Shown here: in pieces, positions 52,783 through 63,440 of the stretch | Layout of the letters: the number at the start of each line of letters is the position of its first letter | Numbering within the stretch: the first letter of the stretch is position 1 | Assembly (NCBI GenBank): GCA_964542645.1 | Contig: CAZIUG010000008.1 | Span: 145,848 to 209,847, forward strand | Source: an uncultured Opitutales bacterium | GTDB lineage: Bacteria; Verrucomicrobiota; Verrucomicrobiia; Opitutales; UBA2987 | Direction: 5' to 3' | Length of the DNA stretch: 64,000 bases | Made by a program: the position numbers and the translations under genes | Notes under the pieces: model-generated | Seen by the model: only the letters and a program-made list of their open reading frames with translations | Told to the model about the DNA's origin: nothing | The model's database searches: none

Positions 52783-53203
52783 GTTTCAATTTGTCTGTTT
52801 TAAGCTGGTTTCCAGTGTTAGTATTGGTTGCTACGATCATCCAGGATTGTTGACACTCTATCCTTCTAAATCAGGAACTGAGTGAATACGAAGGAGTAAG
52901 CCCCCTAAATAAACCGAATGACAATCCTGAATGTTTTTAGTTTAAATATCAAATAACTGAAGTATATCGCTAAATCTGAGACTACTCGGAAATATTAGGA
53001 TCCACAGTTGTAGATTGAGAGCAGAAGTCATTCGACTCTACTTTGGTTCAACATCATAATGTCGTTTCAGAAAATTTGCGGACTGCCGTCAATCTTTGAA
53101 AGAATAAGTGTCCTATTTCTACACTCGATCGAAGCGCTAGATTTTTCCTAAAAGTGCCAGTTTTTCACGTCATTAATTCTGAATCCCCTGCAACTTTTAA
53201 ATC

Positions 53204-54208
53204 CTAAGTTTCACCGCTCATCGCCCCATCTACTATCGTCTCCACCCAAGCATCGATCACTTCGTATTTCGACAGTTGTCTCAGCCAATCCTTGGGAATC
53301 GCCCCGATACCTAGATGCGCACCGAGCCACGCTCCAACCATTGATGCCCTTCCCGCATTATCCCCTCCTGCACAAATTACGTCTAGAATGGTGCATTCGA
53401 AAGAATCTCGATAGCACAAAAACCCGTGCAGCGCCGAAGGGAAGCTGCTGATTAAAGGACATGACTGCCCCAGTTTGTCCGTCGCTTCTCCCACGCTCCT
53501 AGGTAAAAGATCAAACGCACTCCCAAACTTTCGCCTCAATTCTGTTCCAAACTTCGCGTCCTTTCCTACAATTTCCTCAACCCTATGTAACGAACTGTGG
53601 ATATCCCGGCCATTCAATAACTCGAGCAAAATTCTGACATGGGCCTTCACGTAAGCAACCGCGCGATCATTATTCTGACGGACCCTCGTTACTTTTCCCA
53701 CGATCTCCATCAAGTCTGGATGCCTTAAATGAGCTGCAACAACTGGACAAATCGAAGTTACAGTCGCCAATTGATCATCGTCTGCCCCATGTTGAAAATC
53801 GAATTCCCTATCTGGATATAGTTCCTCGAAATTCATCTTACCCTCAACCGTTCCACGAGTCGAATTATCAACATACCCTTCGTAGGTCTCCGGGTTCATT
53901 CGCTCAACGAATGAAAGGCCAAATCTTGCTTGGTCGAATTGACCATCTTCCGCAACTGACTTCATGAGAACAAGAGCCGCATCTCCATAATGGGTCTGAT
54001 CACCCGGATTTTTCCCAAAATGGTAGTGACCCTCTTTCGGCTCCTCAAACCCTTCTACCCCTTTTGGATAAGTCGCCATCAATTCACTGATATTATAAAT
54101 CCAGTGAGTCCCCAGAGCCGCCGCATCCCCTACTAATTGACCCCAGATCATCCCCCGGAGACGATCTGTAAGATCGGGATTCGCCTCAATTCTCCCATTT
54201 TTCTCCAT
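53204..54208 (-). CDS. ADP-ribosylglycohydrolase-family protein
   Basis: 334 aa. LRGMIWGQLVGDAAALGTHW, GDQTHYGDAAL and CAGGDNAGRASMVGAWLGAHLG (family metal-binding segments). Confidence 0.8.
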   Translation of the reverse strand: MEKNGRIEANPDLTDRLRGMIWGQLVGDAAALGTHWIYNISELMATYPKGVEGFEEPKEGHYHFGKNPGDQTHYGDAALVLMKSVAEDGQFDQARFGLSFVERMNPETYEGYVDNSTRGTVEGKMNFEELYPDREFDFQHGADDDQLATVTSICPVVAAHLRHPDLMEIVGKVTRVRQNNDRAVAYVKAHVRILLELLNGRDIHSSLHRVEEIVGKDAKFGTELRRKFGSAFDLLPRSVGEATDKLGQSCPLISSFPSALHGFLCYRDSFECTILDVICAGGDNAGRASMVGAWLGAHLGIGAIPKDWLRQLSKYEVIDAWVETIVDGAMSGET

Positions 54209-54374
54209 TCTTAGTCTCTCCTTTTTTCACAATATACACCATTAAACCCCCAAGCTTTAGGAACTACAATTAACCCGTGAATATTCTGCGTAAAACACTC
54301 GATCTCCAGATTGAAATCTGGCCTGATTTTTCTCTCATCGTACCAACAATCACAATCTCATCTCAGAAAATTCT

Positions 54375-56072
54375 CTAATTCCTTTTCCCCCTCAACGATG
54401 CTCCCGGCTGATATCTTGCTCCCCTGACAAACCGAAAGCAAACGTAACCCCAAATTGACAACCCCAGACAGACGGAGATGAACCAGTCTCCATACAGAAC
54501 ATAGAAGCTCTCGCGGCGGAACCATTTAGCATCACGTTTTAATTCAAATAATTCGCTTCCACGGAAGTAGATACCCTTCTCAGGGACAACCAGTACCTTC
54601 CGAATATTCCCATACTCGTCAATCCAACCGCTCCATCCCGAATTACCACACCGGATAAAAGGCCTGCGCGTTTCTACTGCACGGAGAACAGAATGCGCCG
54701 CGTGCTGGTAGGCTCCGCCCTCCTCTCCATACCAAGCATTATTTGTGGCCACAAAAATTAAATCGGCCCCGGCTTTGACATTCTCGCGAGATAGTCGAGA
54801 AAAGATATCCTCATAGCAAACTAACGCCCCTAAGCGATAGGTAGTATTACCGATCTTTACGGGTATAACGACCGGTTTCTCCCCTCTCCTGAATAAACCC
54901 GCCATGGGAACAACCTTATCGATGAATGACAGCAACCCGCCAAACGGGACATATTCTCCGAAAGGAACCAACTTTCGCTTGATATAGTAGGGCTCGATAA
55001 GCCCTTCATCAGGAGTCACCGCGCAAACGATATTATACCAAAATTCATCCTCCTTCGCTATATTCCCCATCACAATCGGTTTATCTATCCGCCGCACTAA
55101 TTCCTCTGTCCATTCCCTCGCTAGGTGATTTCCTTTAACAGGTAAAGGAGTGACAGATTCAGGCCAGAATATCACTTCTCCCCCTAGCCCGTTGGCAAAT
55201 AGAGTTTGCTTCTCCAAGGTCTTGAAAATTTCCATCGTCTTATCCGGATCCCATTTCGAGGGCTGCTCGATATAAGGCTGCACAAGAGTGACGCTAAAGA
55301 GCCGCTCTTGCCGTTGGTTAAATACTTCAGACCAAATCAACCCACTGGCCGTTCCAACCAATAGAAACAAGGCAACGTAAAACTCTGGACAAATTCTCTC
55401 GTACCACTCTCCAGCCCGGCGACGAGTAAGCATTCTTCTTAGGTATACCCCCAATCCAAGATTGAAAAATATGAGGACAAACGAGACTCCCGTGTATCCG
55501 GTATATGCCGCAATCTGTAGAACCGCCCCGCGATCCCACTGACTAGCCGCAAGAGGAAGCCATGGGAACCCAGTCAGTAAGAATCCTCGCATATACTCGA
55601 GCAGAACCCAAAACCCGGCCAGGCCTAATAGGACAGGCAGCCTAACTGAGAAACCTCGGCCCTCAATGCTCGGAAGAACCATTCGCACCACAAAGGTCCA
55701 CCCTACCAAGTAAAGTGTTAGGAAGCCCGAAAGAGCAACTGTTCCAAGATAAGTAACGTGTCGCAACCACCAAATCAGTATCAACCAGGTTACAAAGCCG
55801 GCTATCGCTGACGTTCCCAAGAAAATCCGATAACTCGGGCGATAGAAACTCCAAATAATTAAGGGTACAGAAAACACATAGGCTGCCTCAGCAAAATCCG
55901 CCGGGGGAAAGGAAGCTACTGTGAGAGCCACTGTCAGAGAGAATACAAAAAACGGAATAACACAGCCCGTCATCCAGGAAGGTAGTCTCTTTGGCTCAAG
56001 CTCTCCTGCATCACCCAACTCCAATCGGCGGGACCACGATCTCGGCTTTAATCTATTAAATTGATAACTCAA
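54375..56072 (-). CDS. lnt: Apolipoprotein N-acyltransferase
   Basis: Multi-TM N-terminal half plus a CN-hydrolase domain with the E-K-C triad contexts VIFWPESV, IKRKLVPFGEYVPF, GALVCYEDIF. The start is uncertain (TTG at 56072 or ATG at 55973). Confidence 0.88.
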   Translation of the reverse strand: MSYQFNRLKPRSWSRRLELGDAGELEPKRLPSWMTGCVIPFFVFSLTVALTVASFPPADFAEAAYVFSVPLIIWSFYRPSYRIFLGTSAIAGFVTWLILIWWLRHVTYLGTVALSGFLTLYLVGWTFVVRMVLPSIEGRGFSVRLPVLLGLAGFWVLLEYMRGFLLTGFPWLPLAASQWDRGAVLQIAAYTGYTGVSFVLIFFNLGLGVYLRRMLTRRRAGEWYERICPEFYVALFLLVGTASGLIWSEVFNQRQERLFSVTLVQPYIEQPSKWDPDKTMEIFKTLEKQTLFANGLGGEVIFWPESVTPLPVKGNHLAREWTEELVRRIDKPIVMGNIAKEDEFWYNIVCAVTPDEGLIEPYYIKRKLVPFGEYVPFGGLLSFIDKVVPMAGLFRRGEKPVVIPVKIGNTTYRLGALVCYEDIFSRLSRENVKAGADLIFVATNNAWYGEEGGAYQHAAHSVLRAVETRRPFIRCGNSGWSGWIDEYGNIRKVLVVPEKGIYFRGSELFELKRDAKWFRRESFYVLYGDWFISVCLGLSIWGYVCFRFVRGARYQPGASLRGKRN

Positions 56073-56220
56073 ACTATCTGCCTAGCTCCTATTGTCGTCC
56101 TTGCCGCCACAACCACCCAATAATTGAAATGCTATTGCACTACAAAATCTACTTACTGTCGATAGGGAACCCGAATTATGGGTTCTCTTAAAACAGCAAT
56201 GCACTCTGAAGAATCGAAAC

Positions 56221-56241
56221 TTTCCAGTCACCGACTGGAAA
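56221..56241 (-). terminator. 8-bp hairpin downstream of secA (candidate terminator)
   Basis: Minus-strand RNA UUUCCAGU-CGGUG-ACUGGAAA followed by GUUUCGAUUCUU, about 55 nt after the secA stop. A second hairpin lies at 56164-56188 (AGGGAACCC-GAATTAT-GGGTTCTCT). Confidence 0.35.
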
Positions 56242-56295
56242 ACGTCTGCGTCGTTGAACTCTTGACCAAATTCTAAGGCGAAGCCAGTTCTCCTA

Positions 56296-59241
56296 TTAGA
56301 CCCGCCGGCCGCAACACTTTTTATACTTCCTCCCACTCCCACAGCTGCACGGATCGTTCCTTCCCAATTTTGGGCCCTCTCTACGAACAGTCACTTTCGG
56401 CAATTCCACCTCCCCCGATTGCCTGTTGTCCGTTCTCGAAGTCTGGATAAACGAGGACCCATCAACGGACTCGGGACCGTATCTACGGGCCGTTCTTGAG
56501 AGCGTTGCGAGCATGTTGTCGAAAGCCTTGAGGTTAGTCGCAGAACGAAAAAGATTCATACAGATATCAGAACGGATGTTGCCCATCATCTGTTCGAAGT
56601 AGAGAAATGCCTCGCTCTTATACTCGCTCAAAGGATCCTTCTGTCCATAGCCTCTTAAACCCACACTCTGCCGAAGATCATCCATTTCCGTAAGATGATC
56701 CTGCCAGTGTTTATCCACACTGTTAATAACAACATAACGCTCTAAGGCCTGCAGTGCTTCCGGTTCTTCAACCGATTCCTTTGTAGCATATGCCGTCTTG
56801 ATTCGATCTAAAGCATACGCCTTTATCCCTTCCGGGTCCCGCTCCCTGAGATCTTCAATTCTGAGAATCACCGGGAAGTGAGTTTTCATCCAATTTTGGA
56901 ACACCTCCAACACTCCGTCACTCACAATCTTCTCATCGAAAACTCCACTCTCCTCCAAACGAAAATCCAATTCCTCCTCAACCAGCTCGAGAATAATACC
57001 TTTCGGTGATTTAGACTGAATAGCATCATTGCGGATACTGTAAACAACTTCGCGTTGCTTATTTAAAACATCATCGTACTGAAGCAGTCTCTTTCGTGCC
57101 GAATAGTTTTGCTCCTCAACCCTTTTCTGAGCGTTTTCGATTACCCAACTCGGGAGTGGAACCTCTCCTTCGCCAACTGACTTTTCCAAGAGTTTACCCA
57201 TGGCCCCGGCATTTCCAAACAATCTCAAGAGATCATCTTCCAAAGAAATAAAAAAGCGCGATAATCCAGGATCACCCTGTCGGCCACTTCGACCGCGAAG
57301 TTGCCTATCAATGCGACGGGACGTGTGCCGCTCTGTTCCAATCACATAAAGTCCGCCTAGCCCCGGAATCCCTTTGCTTAGTTTGATGTCTGTTCCACGG
57401 CCCGCCATATTAGTTGCAATTGTAACGCCACCTCTTTCTCCCGCTCGGGCCACTATTTCAGCCTCCTGTCCGTGAAATTTGGCATTGAGTACTTTGTGCG
57501 CTATGTTGCTCCTTTTTAGCATCCGGGAGAGCACCTCCGAAGCTTCAACTGATACCGTGCCCACCAATACCGGCTGCCCACGTTCATTCGCTGCCTTAAT
57601 CTCATTGATCACGGCGTTGTACTTGTCCCGACGCGTCTTATAGATAAGATCATCCTGATCATCACGGATCATCGGGCAATTGGTTGGGATCACCATCACA
57701 TCCAGATTGTAAATATCACGGAATTCGTTGGCCTCTGTTTCCGCAGTCCCCGTCATCCCAGATAGTTTTTCATACATGCGAAAGTAGTTCTGTATCGTGA
57801 TTGTAGCATAGGTCTTCGATTCCTTTTCAATAACGACACCTTCTTTTGCTTCTACTGCCTGATGCAGGCCATCGCTCCAACGCCGACCCGGCATGATCCT
57901 GCCTGTATTTTCGTCGATGATCATTACTTTCCCATCCTTCACAATGTACTCTACATCCCGCTCGTAGAGAGAATAGGCCCTCAATAACTGGCTAATCCCA
58001 TGAATGTCCTCGCTCAACTTCTCAAATCGCTTTTGCTCGTCTGATTTTTTGCGATCCCTTTCCTCTGGCATCAGATCATTTTTGCCATCGATCTCTGAAT
58101 AGATCGATGGCAGATCAGGTAAAACAAAAGCATCTTCGTCATTTGGGCGTAGAAAACGCCTCCCTTTCTCCGTCAAATCTGCTTGATGCCCTTTTTCATC
58201 AATGAGAAAGAAGAGCTCTTCTTTTAGAGAGAAAAACTGCTCCTTGTTGAAATCACTGCCCATCTCCAGTTCGAATTTATCAAATGGTGTTCGAACGCCT
58301 CCGTCTTCCATGACACGCAGGAACTGTTTATTTTTGGGCATTCCGAGTTTTACCTGGAGGAGTTTATTAAAGACATCGAAATCCTCTCCTCCTCCCCCGT
58401 TCAACTCCTTTTTCGCCTCCAATATAAGGCGATTGCAAAGCACAGATTGCTGTTGAACCAATCGTGAAATGCTCGGCTTCAGCTCCTGGAACGGCATCTC
58501 TCTATCAACCTGGACCGGCCCAGAAATAATCAAAGGAGTACGCGCTTCATCAACTAATATGGAATCCACTTCGTCGATGATACAATAGTAGTGGTCCCGC
58601 TGAACCTGGTCCTCAATACGCGTCGCCATCCCATTGTCGCGAAGGCAATCGAATCCGAATTCACTAGCCGTACCATAGGTAATGTCATATCCGTAAATCT
58701 CACGGCGGGTGACAGGATCCATCGAATTCTGGATACAACCGACCGAGAGTCCGAGAAACCGGTAAATGTATCCCATCCATTCTGAATCCCTTCTCGCTAA
58801 GTAATCATTCACCGTCACCAGCTGACAGTTCTTACCCGTCAACGCATTGAGGTAGAGAGGAAGCGTCGCTGCAAGTGTCTTCCCCTCTCCAGTTGCCATC
58901 TCAGCTATATGCCGATCGTTGAGTGCAATACCCCCAATCAGCTGAACATCGAAATGAACCATATCCCATATGATTTCATGGTCACACACTGTCACCGTCT
59001 GCCCAACTAACCTCCGGGCTGCATTTTTTACCGCTGCAAAAGCTTCCGGAAGCAAATTGTTGAGACTCTCTCCTTCTCTTTGACGGCGCTTGAACTCCGC
59101 TGTCTTCCCCTTTAGCTCTTCATCAGAAAGACGTTGAAACTCTTCCTCGTATCGGTTGATAGCAGCAACTAAAGGATTCACCCTTTTAAGGTATTTCCGA
59201 TAGTGTCTTCCTGTAAGCGCTTTTAATACTTTCGCAATCAT
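56296..59241 (-). CDS. secA: Preprotein translocase ATPase SecA
   Basis: 981 aa. Walker [14 protein letters not shown] box [22 protein letters not shown]-terminal zinc motif [14 protein letters not shown]. Confidence 0.96.
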   Translation of the reverse strand: MIAKVLKALTGRHYRKYLKRVNPLVAAINRYEEEFQRLSDEELKGKTAEFKRRQREGESLNNLLPEAFAAVKNAARRLVGQTVTVCDHEIIWDMVHFDVQLIGGIALNDRHIAEMATGEGKTLAATLPLYLNALTGKNCQLVTVNDYLARRDSEWMGYIYRFLGLSVGCIQNSMDPVTRREIYGYDITYGTASEFGFDCLRDNGMATRIEDQVQRDHYYCIIDEVDSILVDEARTPLIISGPVQVDREMPFQELKPSISRLVQQQSVLCNRLILEAKKELNGGGGEDFDVFNKLLQVKLGMPKNKQFLRVMEDGGVRTPFDKFELEMGSDFNKEQFFSLKEELFFLIDEKGHQADLTEKGRRFLRPNDEDAFVLPDLPSIYSEIDGKNDLMPEERDRKKSDEQKRFEKLSEDIHGISQLLRAYSLYERDVEYIVKDGKVMIIDENTGRIMPGRRWSDGLHQAVEAKEGVVIEKESKTYATITIQNYFRMYEKLSGMTGTAETEANEFRDIYNLDVMVIPTNCPMIRDDQDDLIYKTRRDKYNAVINEIKAANERGQPVLVGTVSVEASEVLSRMLKRSNIAHKVLNAKFHGQEAEIVARAGERGGVTIATNMAGRGTDIKLSKGIPGLGGLYVIGTERHTSRRIDRQLRGRSGRQGDPGLSRFFISLEDDLLRLFGNAGAMGKLLEKSVGEGEVPLPSWVIENAQKRVEEQNYSARKRLLQYDDVLNKQREVVYSIRNDAIQSKSPKGIILELVEEELDFRLEESGVFDEKIVSDGVLEVFQNWMKTHFPVILRIEDLRERDPEGIKAYALDRIKTAYATKESVEEPEALQALERYVVINSVDKHWQDHLTEMDDLRQSVGLRGYGQKDPLSEYKSEAFLYFEQMMGNIRSDICMNLFRSATNLKAFDNMLATLSRTARRYGPESVDGSSFIQTSRTDNRQSGEVELPKVTVRREGPKLGRNDPCSCGSGRKYKKCCGRRV

Positions 59242-59336
59242 TCCGAATCTAATTTGCCTTCAGCAGTAGGAGTACAACCTTCCTTCACTGGTTAATATTA
59301 GGAGTACATCGAACTTTGGTGTCTGTGACAAAGACG

Positions 59337-60272
59337 TCAACCTGAAGAGATTAATTCCTTAAAATACGAAACCGTCTTCCGAAGCCCAGATTCTAGTTCA
59401 ACTTTGGGAACCCAACCCAAGGACTCCGCTGCCAGCGAGATGTCAGGCCGACGCTGCCGAGGATCATCCTCTGGCAATGCCTCAAACACTACCCGAGAGG
59501 AACTACCTGTCAATTTTATCACCCATTCACTCAGCTCGCACATTGTAAACTCCACCGGGTTGCCTAGGTTGACCGGACCAATAATTTCCTCCTGGTCCAT
59601 CATCCGAACAATTCCGGCAATCAGATCGTCCACGTAACAAAACGAGCGGGTCTGAGTGCCATCTCCGTAAATGGTGATTGGTTCTCCGCGCAAAGCCTGG
59701 ACGATGAAATTTGATACCACCCTCCCGTCGCTTGGATCCATCCGAGGACCATAGGTGTTGAATATTCGAACTACCCGTATGTCGACGTTATTTTCACGAT
59801 GGTAGTCGAAGCACAATGTTTCGGCACAACGTTTGCCCTCATCGTAACAAGCCCGTAAACCGATTGGATTGACATTACCTCGATAAGCCTCGCTTTGGGG
59901 ATGTTCCGTAGGATCGCCATAAATTTCTGACGTCGAGGCTTGCAACACGCGTCCCTCTGTTCTCTTTGCCAAACCCAGGCAATTAATTACACCCATTACA
60001 GAGGTCTTAACCGTCTTGATTGGATTAAACTGGTAGTGTGGTGGTGACGCAGGGCAGGCAAGATTGTAAATCCGATCCACTTCAACCTTAAATGGGTCAA
60101 CCACATCGTGTCGCATGAACTCAAACCCTGGGTTCTCAAGTAAATGAATGATGTTGCTTTTCGAACCCGTAAAGAGGTTGTCCAAGCATATCACCTCGTG
60201 CCCATCTCGCAAAAGTCGCTCGCAAAGATGACTACCTAGAAAACCTGCACCTCCTGTTACCAACGAACGCAT
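59337..60272 (-). CDS. UDP-glucuronate decarboxylase (UDP-xylose synthase-type SDR)
   Basis: 311 aa. Rossmann [12 protein letters not shown] and catalytic YDEGKR. Overall UXS-like sequence ([27 protein letters not shown]). Confidence 0.8.
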   Translation of the reverse strand: MRSLVTGGAGFLGSHLCERLLRDGHEVICLDNLFTGSKSNIIHLLENPGFEFMRHDVVDPFKVEVDRIYNLACPASPPHYQFNPIKTVKTSVMGVINCLGLAKRTEGRVLQASTSEIYGDPTEHPQSEAYRGNVNPIGLRACYDEGKRCAETLCFDYHRENNVDIRVVRIFNTYGPRMDPSDGRVVSNFIVQALRGEPITIYGDGTQTRSFCYVDDLIAGIVRMMDQEEIIGPVNLGNPVEFTMCELSEWVIKLTGSSSRVVFEALPEDDPRQRRPDISLAAESLGWVPKVELESGLRKTVSYFKELISSG

Positions 60273-60501
60273 ACCAGCAGTCTCACCTCATCAATATAGC
60301 TAATATATAGGTCACGGGGCTCTTAAGCGATATTCCAATTAATAGCAACCTCGGATAAAGTAGTAATTATTGAATACTGAATACCGAATTCAACTAATAC
60401 TTCTTCGCGCACTCACGACATAGAACTCGATAAAGGCCTTGAATCTGTATGATACATACCCTGCACAAAAATAAGAGTTGGGAGGAAATCGTGACACTCG
60501 T

Positions 60502-61653
60502 TCATTTGTCAGTGTTCACTGTCTCCTTATTTCCTTCGTAAATCGAAATCCATTCTTTGTACCACACATCAAAGTCGCCCTCGATAATATGCTGTCGCGC
60601 CTGCCTCATTATTTCGATATAGAAGTGGAGATTATGGATAGACAAAAGCGTATGGGCCAGAAGTTCCTTCGACGTGACAAGATGCCTAAGATAGCTCCGC
60701 GAGAAATTACGACACGTGTAATTGTCAACCCCATCCACTAACGGTCTATCGTCTTCCCTGTACTTGCTGTTGGAAATGTTAATCGGGCCGGAAGGTGTGA
60801 AGACCATTCCGTGGCGTGCCGCTCTCGTCGGCATCACACAATCAAACATATCCACCCCCTTCGCAACCATACGCAGCATCTGAGGCAGGGTTCCAACCCC
60901 CATCACATAGAGTGGATAGTCCTTCGGTATCTGAGATGAAACCCACTTCACCTGTTTGAACATTTCCGATTCCGATTCACCAACACTAACTCCCCCAATA
61001 GCAAAGCCATCAAACCCCATCGAAACTAGTGTCTTACTGCATTCGGTCCGCAAATCTTCAAAAACTGAACCTTGTACAATTCCAAAGACCTGCCCTCCTT
61101 CCTTTCGAAAACCAGTTTCATTAGCTATTGTCAAACACCTGTCAGCCCAGCAAACCGTTCGCTCCACGGCTTGAGTACAGACATCCCGCTCGCTTTGGGA
61201 TGGAGAACATTCATCTAATACCATCGCTATATCCGATCCCAGGTTTTGTTGAATCTTCATAACTTCTCCAGGACCCAAAAACACCACCTTTCCATCAATA
61301 TGAGACCGAAAGAAAACTCCCTCTTCAGTGATTTTTCGAAGGCGGGAAAGACTGAATACTTGATAGCCACCACTATCTGTCAAAATTGGACCTCCCCATC
61401 CCATGAATTGATGAAGTCCACCGAGTTTGCGTATCGTATCCGATCCTGGTCGAAGATTAAGATGATATGTGTTGCCCAAAATGACCCGAGCCCCAGCCTC
61501 ATGCAAATGCACAGGGGTCAGCGACTTCACACTTGCTTGAGTACCAACTGGCATGAATATCGGGGTAGCCACATCCCCGTGTTGCGTCCGCAACCGTCCC
61601 GCCCGGGCCGCTAAACCAGACATCTCTGACTCGATTCTAAAATACCTCGACAC
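60502..61653 (-). CDS. tgt: Queuine tRNA-ribosyltransferase (tRNA-guanine transglycosylase)
   Basis: 383 aa with GTG start. ARAGRLRTQHGDVATPIFMPVGT, catalytic GVDMFDCVMPTR, zinc-site region. Confidence 0.93.
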   Translation of the reverse strand: MSRYFRIESEMSGLAARAGRLRTQHGDVATPIFMPVGTQASVKSLTPVHLHEAGARVILGNTYHLNLRPGSDTIRKLGGLHQFMGWGGPILTDSGGYQVFSLSRLRKITEEGVFFRSHIDGKVVFLGPGEVMKIQQNLGSDIAMVLDECSPSQSERDVCTQAVERTVCWADRCLTIANETGFRKEGGQVFGIVQGSVFEDLRTECSKTLVSMGFDGFAIGGVSVGESESEMFKQVKWVSSQIPKDYPLYVMGVGTLPQMLRMVAKGVDMFDCVMPTRAARHGMVFTPSGPINISNSKYREDDRPLVDGVDNYTCRNFSRSYLRHLVTSKELLAHTLLSIHNLHFYIEIMRQARQHIIEGDFDVWYKEWISIYEGNKETVNTDK

Positions 61654-61961
61654 TGACCCTTACATATCTAGACCCTCGTCAAACTAGCAAGTTTGATTTG
61701 ATCTTGGACCAGCATAGCCGATAGGCACGCTGCTCTGAATAGTCCTTCCTCTGTGAACTAGCTGTTGCCATTCACCCAATACCGTGACAATCTTTTAGGA
61801 TTATGTCGACTACAGTGGTTGTGCTATTTTTTCTTCATTACATCTCCACTTCTATTGATTCCGAAAAAATGGACCGTAGCCGGATCACCATCGATTCCTG
61901 CTAGTACAGCATCCACTCTACCACTTGACTCAACATCCTTCACAAACCATCTTTCAGGAGC

Positions 61962-62531
61962 ATGCTTCTAATCATCGACAACTTCGATTCCTTCACCTAC
62001 AACCTGGTCCAGTATTTCGGGGCGCTAGGCGTCGAACAAAAGGTCTACCGCAGCGATGAAATTACCACAGAAGAAGCAGCCGCGTTAAATCCTGATCGCA
62101 TTTTGATATCGCCTGGACCTAAAACTCCCGATTTCGCCGGAGTCAGCCTTAGAATAATCGAAGCCTTTTGCCGAAAAACTCCTATTTTAGGGGTCTGCCT
62201 CGGGCACCAATGTATTGGTCAATGCTTTGGCGGCCGCATCGTGAAAGCAACCAAGCTCATGCACGGCAAAACATCCATGATAAACCACCGCGGTGATCAG
62301 ATCTTCGAAGGGTTGGATTCCCCCTTTCCCGCTGCGCGCTATCATTCCCTCGTCATTGATCCAGATTCTGTTCCAGATTCCCTCCAGGTGATCGCTGACA
62401 CTTCCGAGGGCGAGATCATGGCCATTAGGCACATGGAATTTCCTGTTTGGGGTGTCCAGTTTCATCCCGAATCACTCGCCACTAATCAAGGAATCCTGAT
62501 TCTCCAAAATTTCCTCAACCAGACAAGCTAA
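61962..62531 (+). CDS. Glutamine amidotransferase component II of anthranilate / aminodeoxychorismate synthase (TrpG/PabA)
   Basis: 189 aa. [18 protein letters not shown], catalytic GVCLGHQ, FHPES. Confidence 0.9.
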   Translation: MLLIIDNFDSFTYNLVQYFGALGVEQKVYRSDEITTEEAAALNPDRILISPGPKTPDFAGVSLRIIEAFCRKTPILGVCLGHQCIGQCFGGRIVKATKLMHGKTSMINHRGDQIFEGLDSPFPAARYHSLVIDPDSVPDSLQVIADTSEGEIMAIRHMEFPVWGVQFHPESLATNQGILILQNFLNQTS

Positions 62532-62977
62532 TGATCTGCCCCAAGTGTTCAACTCGTGATACCCGGGTAATAGATTCGAGAATTGGACGAAACGGCCTCT
62601 CTATAAGGCGCCGTCGTGAGTGCACTGCATGCGATTACCGATTCACAACGATTGAGGAAGTTCTCCGTGGCGATCGAGTCGTAATAAAATCAGACGGCCG
62701 CCGAGAGGAATTCGATCGTAACAAAATGTTGCATGGGATTCGACGGGCTTGCGAAAAGAGACCAATCGACCTCGAACAGATTGACATGCTTATATCTGAT
62801 GTTGTGATCGAACTAGAAGGCGAGTTTGACCAAGAAATCCCAAGTGCAGCAATTGGGGAATGGACCATGGCAAAACTAAGATCAATCGATAATATAGCAT
62901 ACATTCGATTTGCCAGCGCTTATCGCAATTTCCACGAGGAGAGCAGCAATTCCATTGCCTCACGGCCAAATGAATAA
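62531..62977 (+). CDS. nrdR: Transcriptional repressor NrdR
   Basis: 148 aa. Zinc ribbon [17 protein letters not shown]...CTACDYRFTT plus an ATP-cone. The ATG shares a base with the upstream stop (TAATG). Confidence 0.93.
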   Translation: MICPKCSTRDTRVIDSRIGRNGLSIRRRRECTACDYRFTTIEEVLRGDRVVIKSDGRREEFDRNKMLHGIRRACEKRPIDLEQIDMLISDVVIELEGEFDQEIPSAAIGEWTMAKLRSIDNIAYIRFASAYRNFHEESSNSIASRPNE

Positions 62978-63440
62978 CTCAAACGAACTCGCTAAACTTC
63001 ACTGCCTTCATTCACTCTTCGGCCCCACCGTTGGAAACGATCTCTTCCTTACTTGCCAGATCAAATCAGCCATCGAGTACTACCTTACCGGCTCCCATCT
63101 CAGTCGATCTTCGATTCAGAAATTCTCCCAAACCGTTCCCGCACTCCTTAAGTCTCCTGTTCTCAATGCCAACTCTAGTGCCTTTTGTTTCCTTGACCTA
63201 TCTGAACAGGACTACGACCCGCTTTGGGTACGCAAATGGGTACTCGACAGTTTCAAGGAGCTCGCCGGGTATCGGCACGCTGTACTTCTTGTAACTGGTC
63301 TCCGATCCTGTCTTTGCCCTAACAGAAAATATTGGACTCAACGCATTGCCTTTCGTTACACCAACGCTATTCGCTACATCGACGAGCTTGCAGCCTCTTC
63401 CACTACCCGAAAAACGAAACTTCAAATCGTACACGTGTGA
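62970..63440 (+). CDS. Hypothetical protein (156 aa), no family recognised
   Basis: The ATG at 62970 overlaps the nrdR stop (ATGAATAA) and its TGA overlaps the next ATG (TGATG). The track ORF start at 62910 lies inside nrdR. I recognise no motifs. Confidence 0.5.
   Translation: MNNSNELAKLHCLHSLFGPTVGNDLFLTCQIKSAIEYYLTGSHLSRSSIQKFSQTVPALLKSPVLNANSSAFCFLDLSEQDYDPLWVRKWVLDSFKELAGYRHAVLLVTGLRSCLCPNRKYWTQRIAFRYTNAIRYIDELAASSTTRKTKLQIVHV

Noticed and set aside
53140-53160. TGGCAC on the minus strand (complement of gtgcca at 53154-53159), resembling a sigma54 -24 element downstream of the ADP-ribosylglycohydrolase gene.
   Set aside because: The required -12 TTGC is absent at the correct spacing (the sequence is TGGCAC-TTTTA-GGAA).
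56082-56342. An 86-aa minus-strand ORF in the secA-lnt spacer.
   Set aside because: Its start overlaps the secA 3' end, the sequence is Gly/Ser/Cys-rich without motifs, and the region is better explained by two hairpins downstream of secA.
61654-61961. The divergent 308-nt spacer where the 54-kb minus-strand run switches to plus-strand genes, considered as an oriC candidate. It also contains a 7-bp inverted repeat, TCAAACT-AGCA-AGTTTGA, at 61679-61696.
   Set aside because: It is not AT-rich. The best DnaA-box-like match is about 6/9 (ATCCAC), and there is no 13-mer-type unwinding element. The strand switch alone is insufficient, and the inverted repeat is short and unassessed.
61765-61971. 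A TTG-initiated 68-aa ORF upstream of trpG/pabA, considered as a possible Trp leader peptide.
   Set aside because: It has no tandem Trp codons and no terminator/antiterminator pair, and it overlaps the trpG start.
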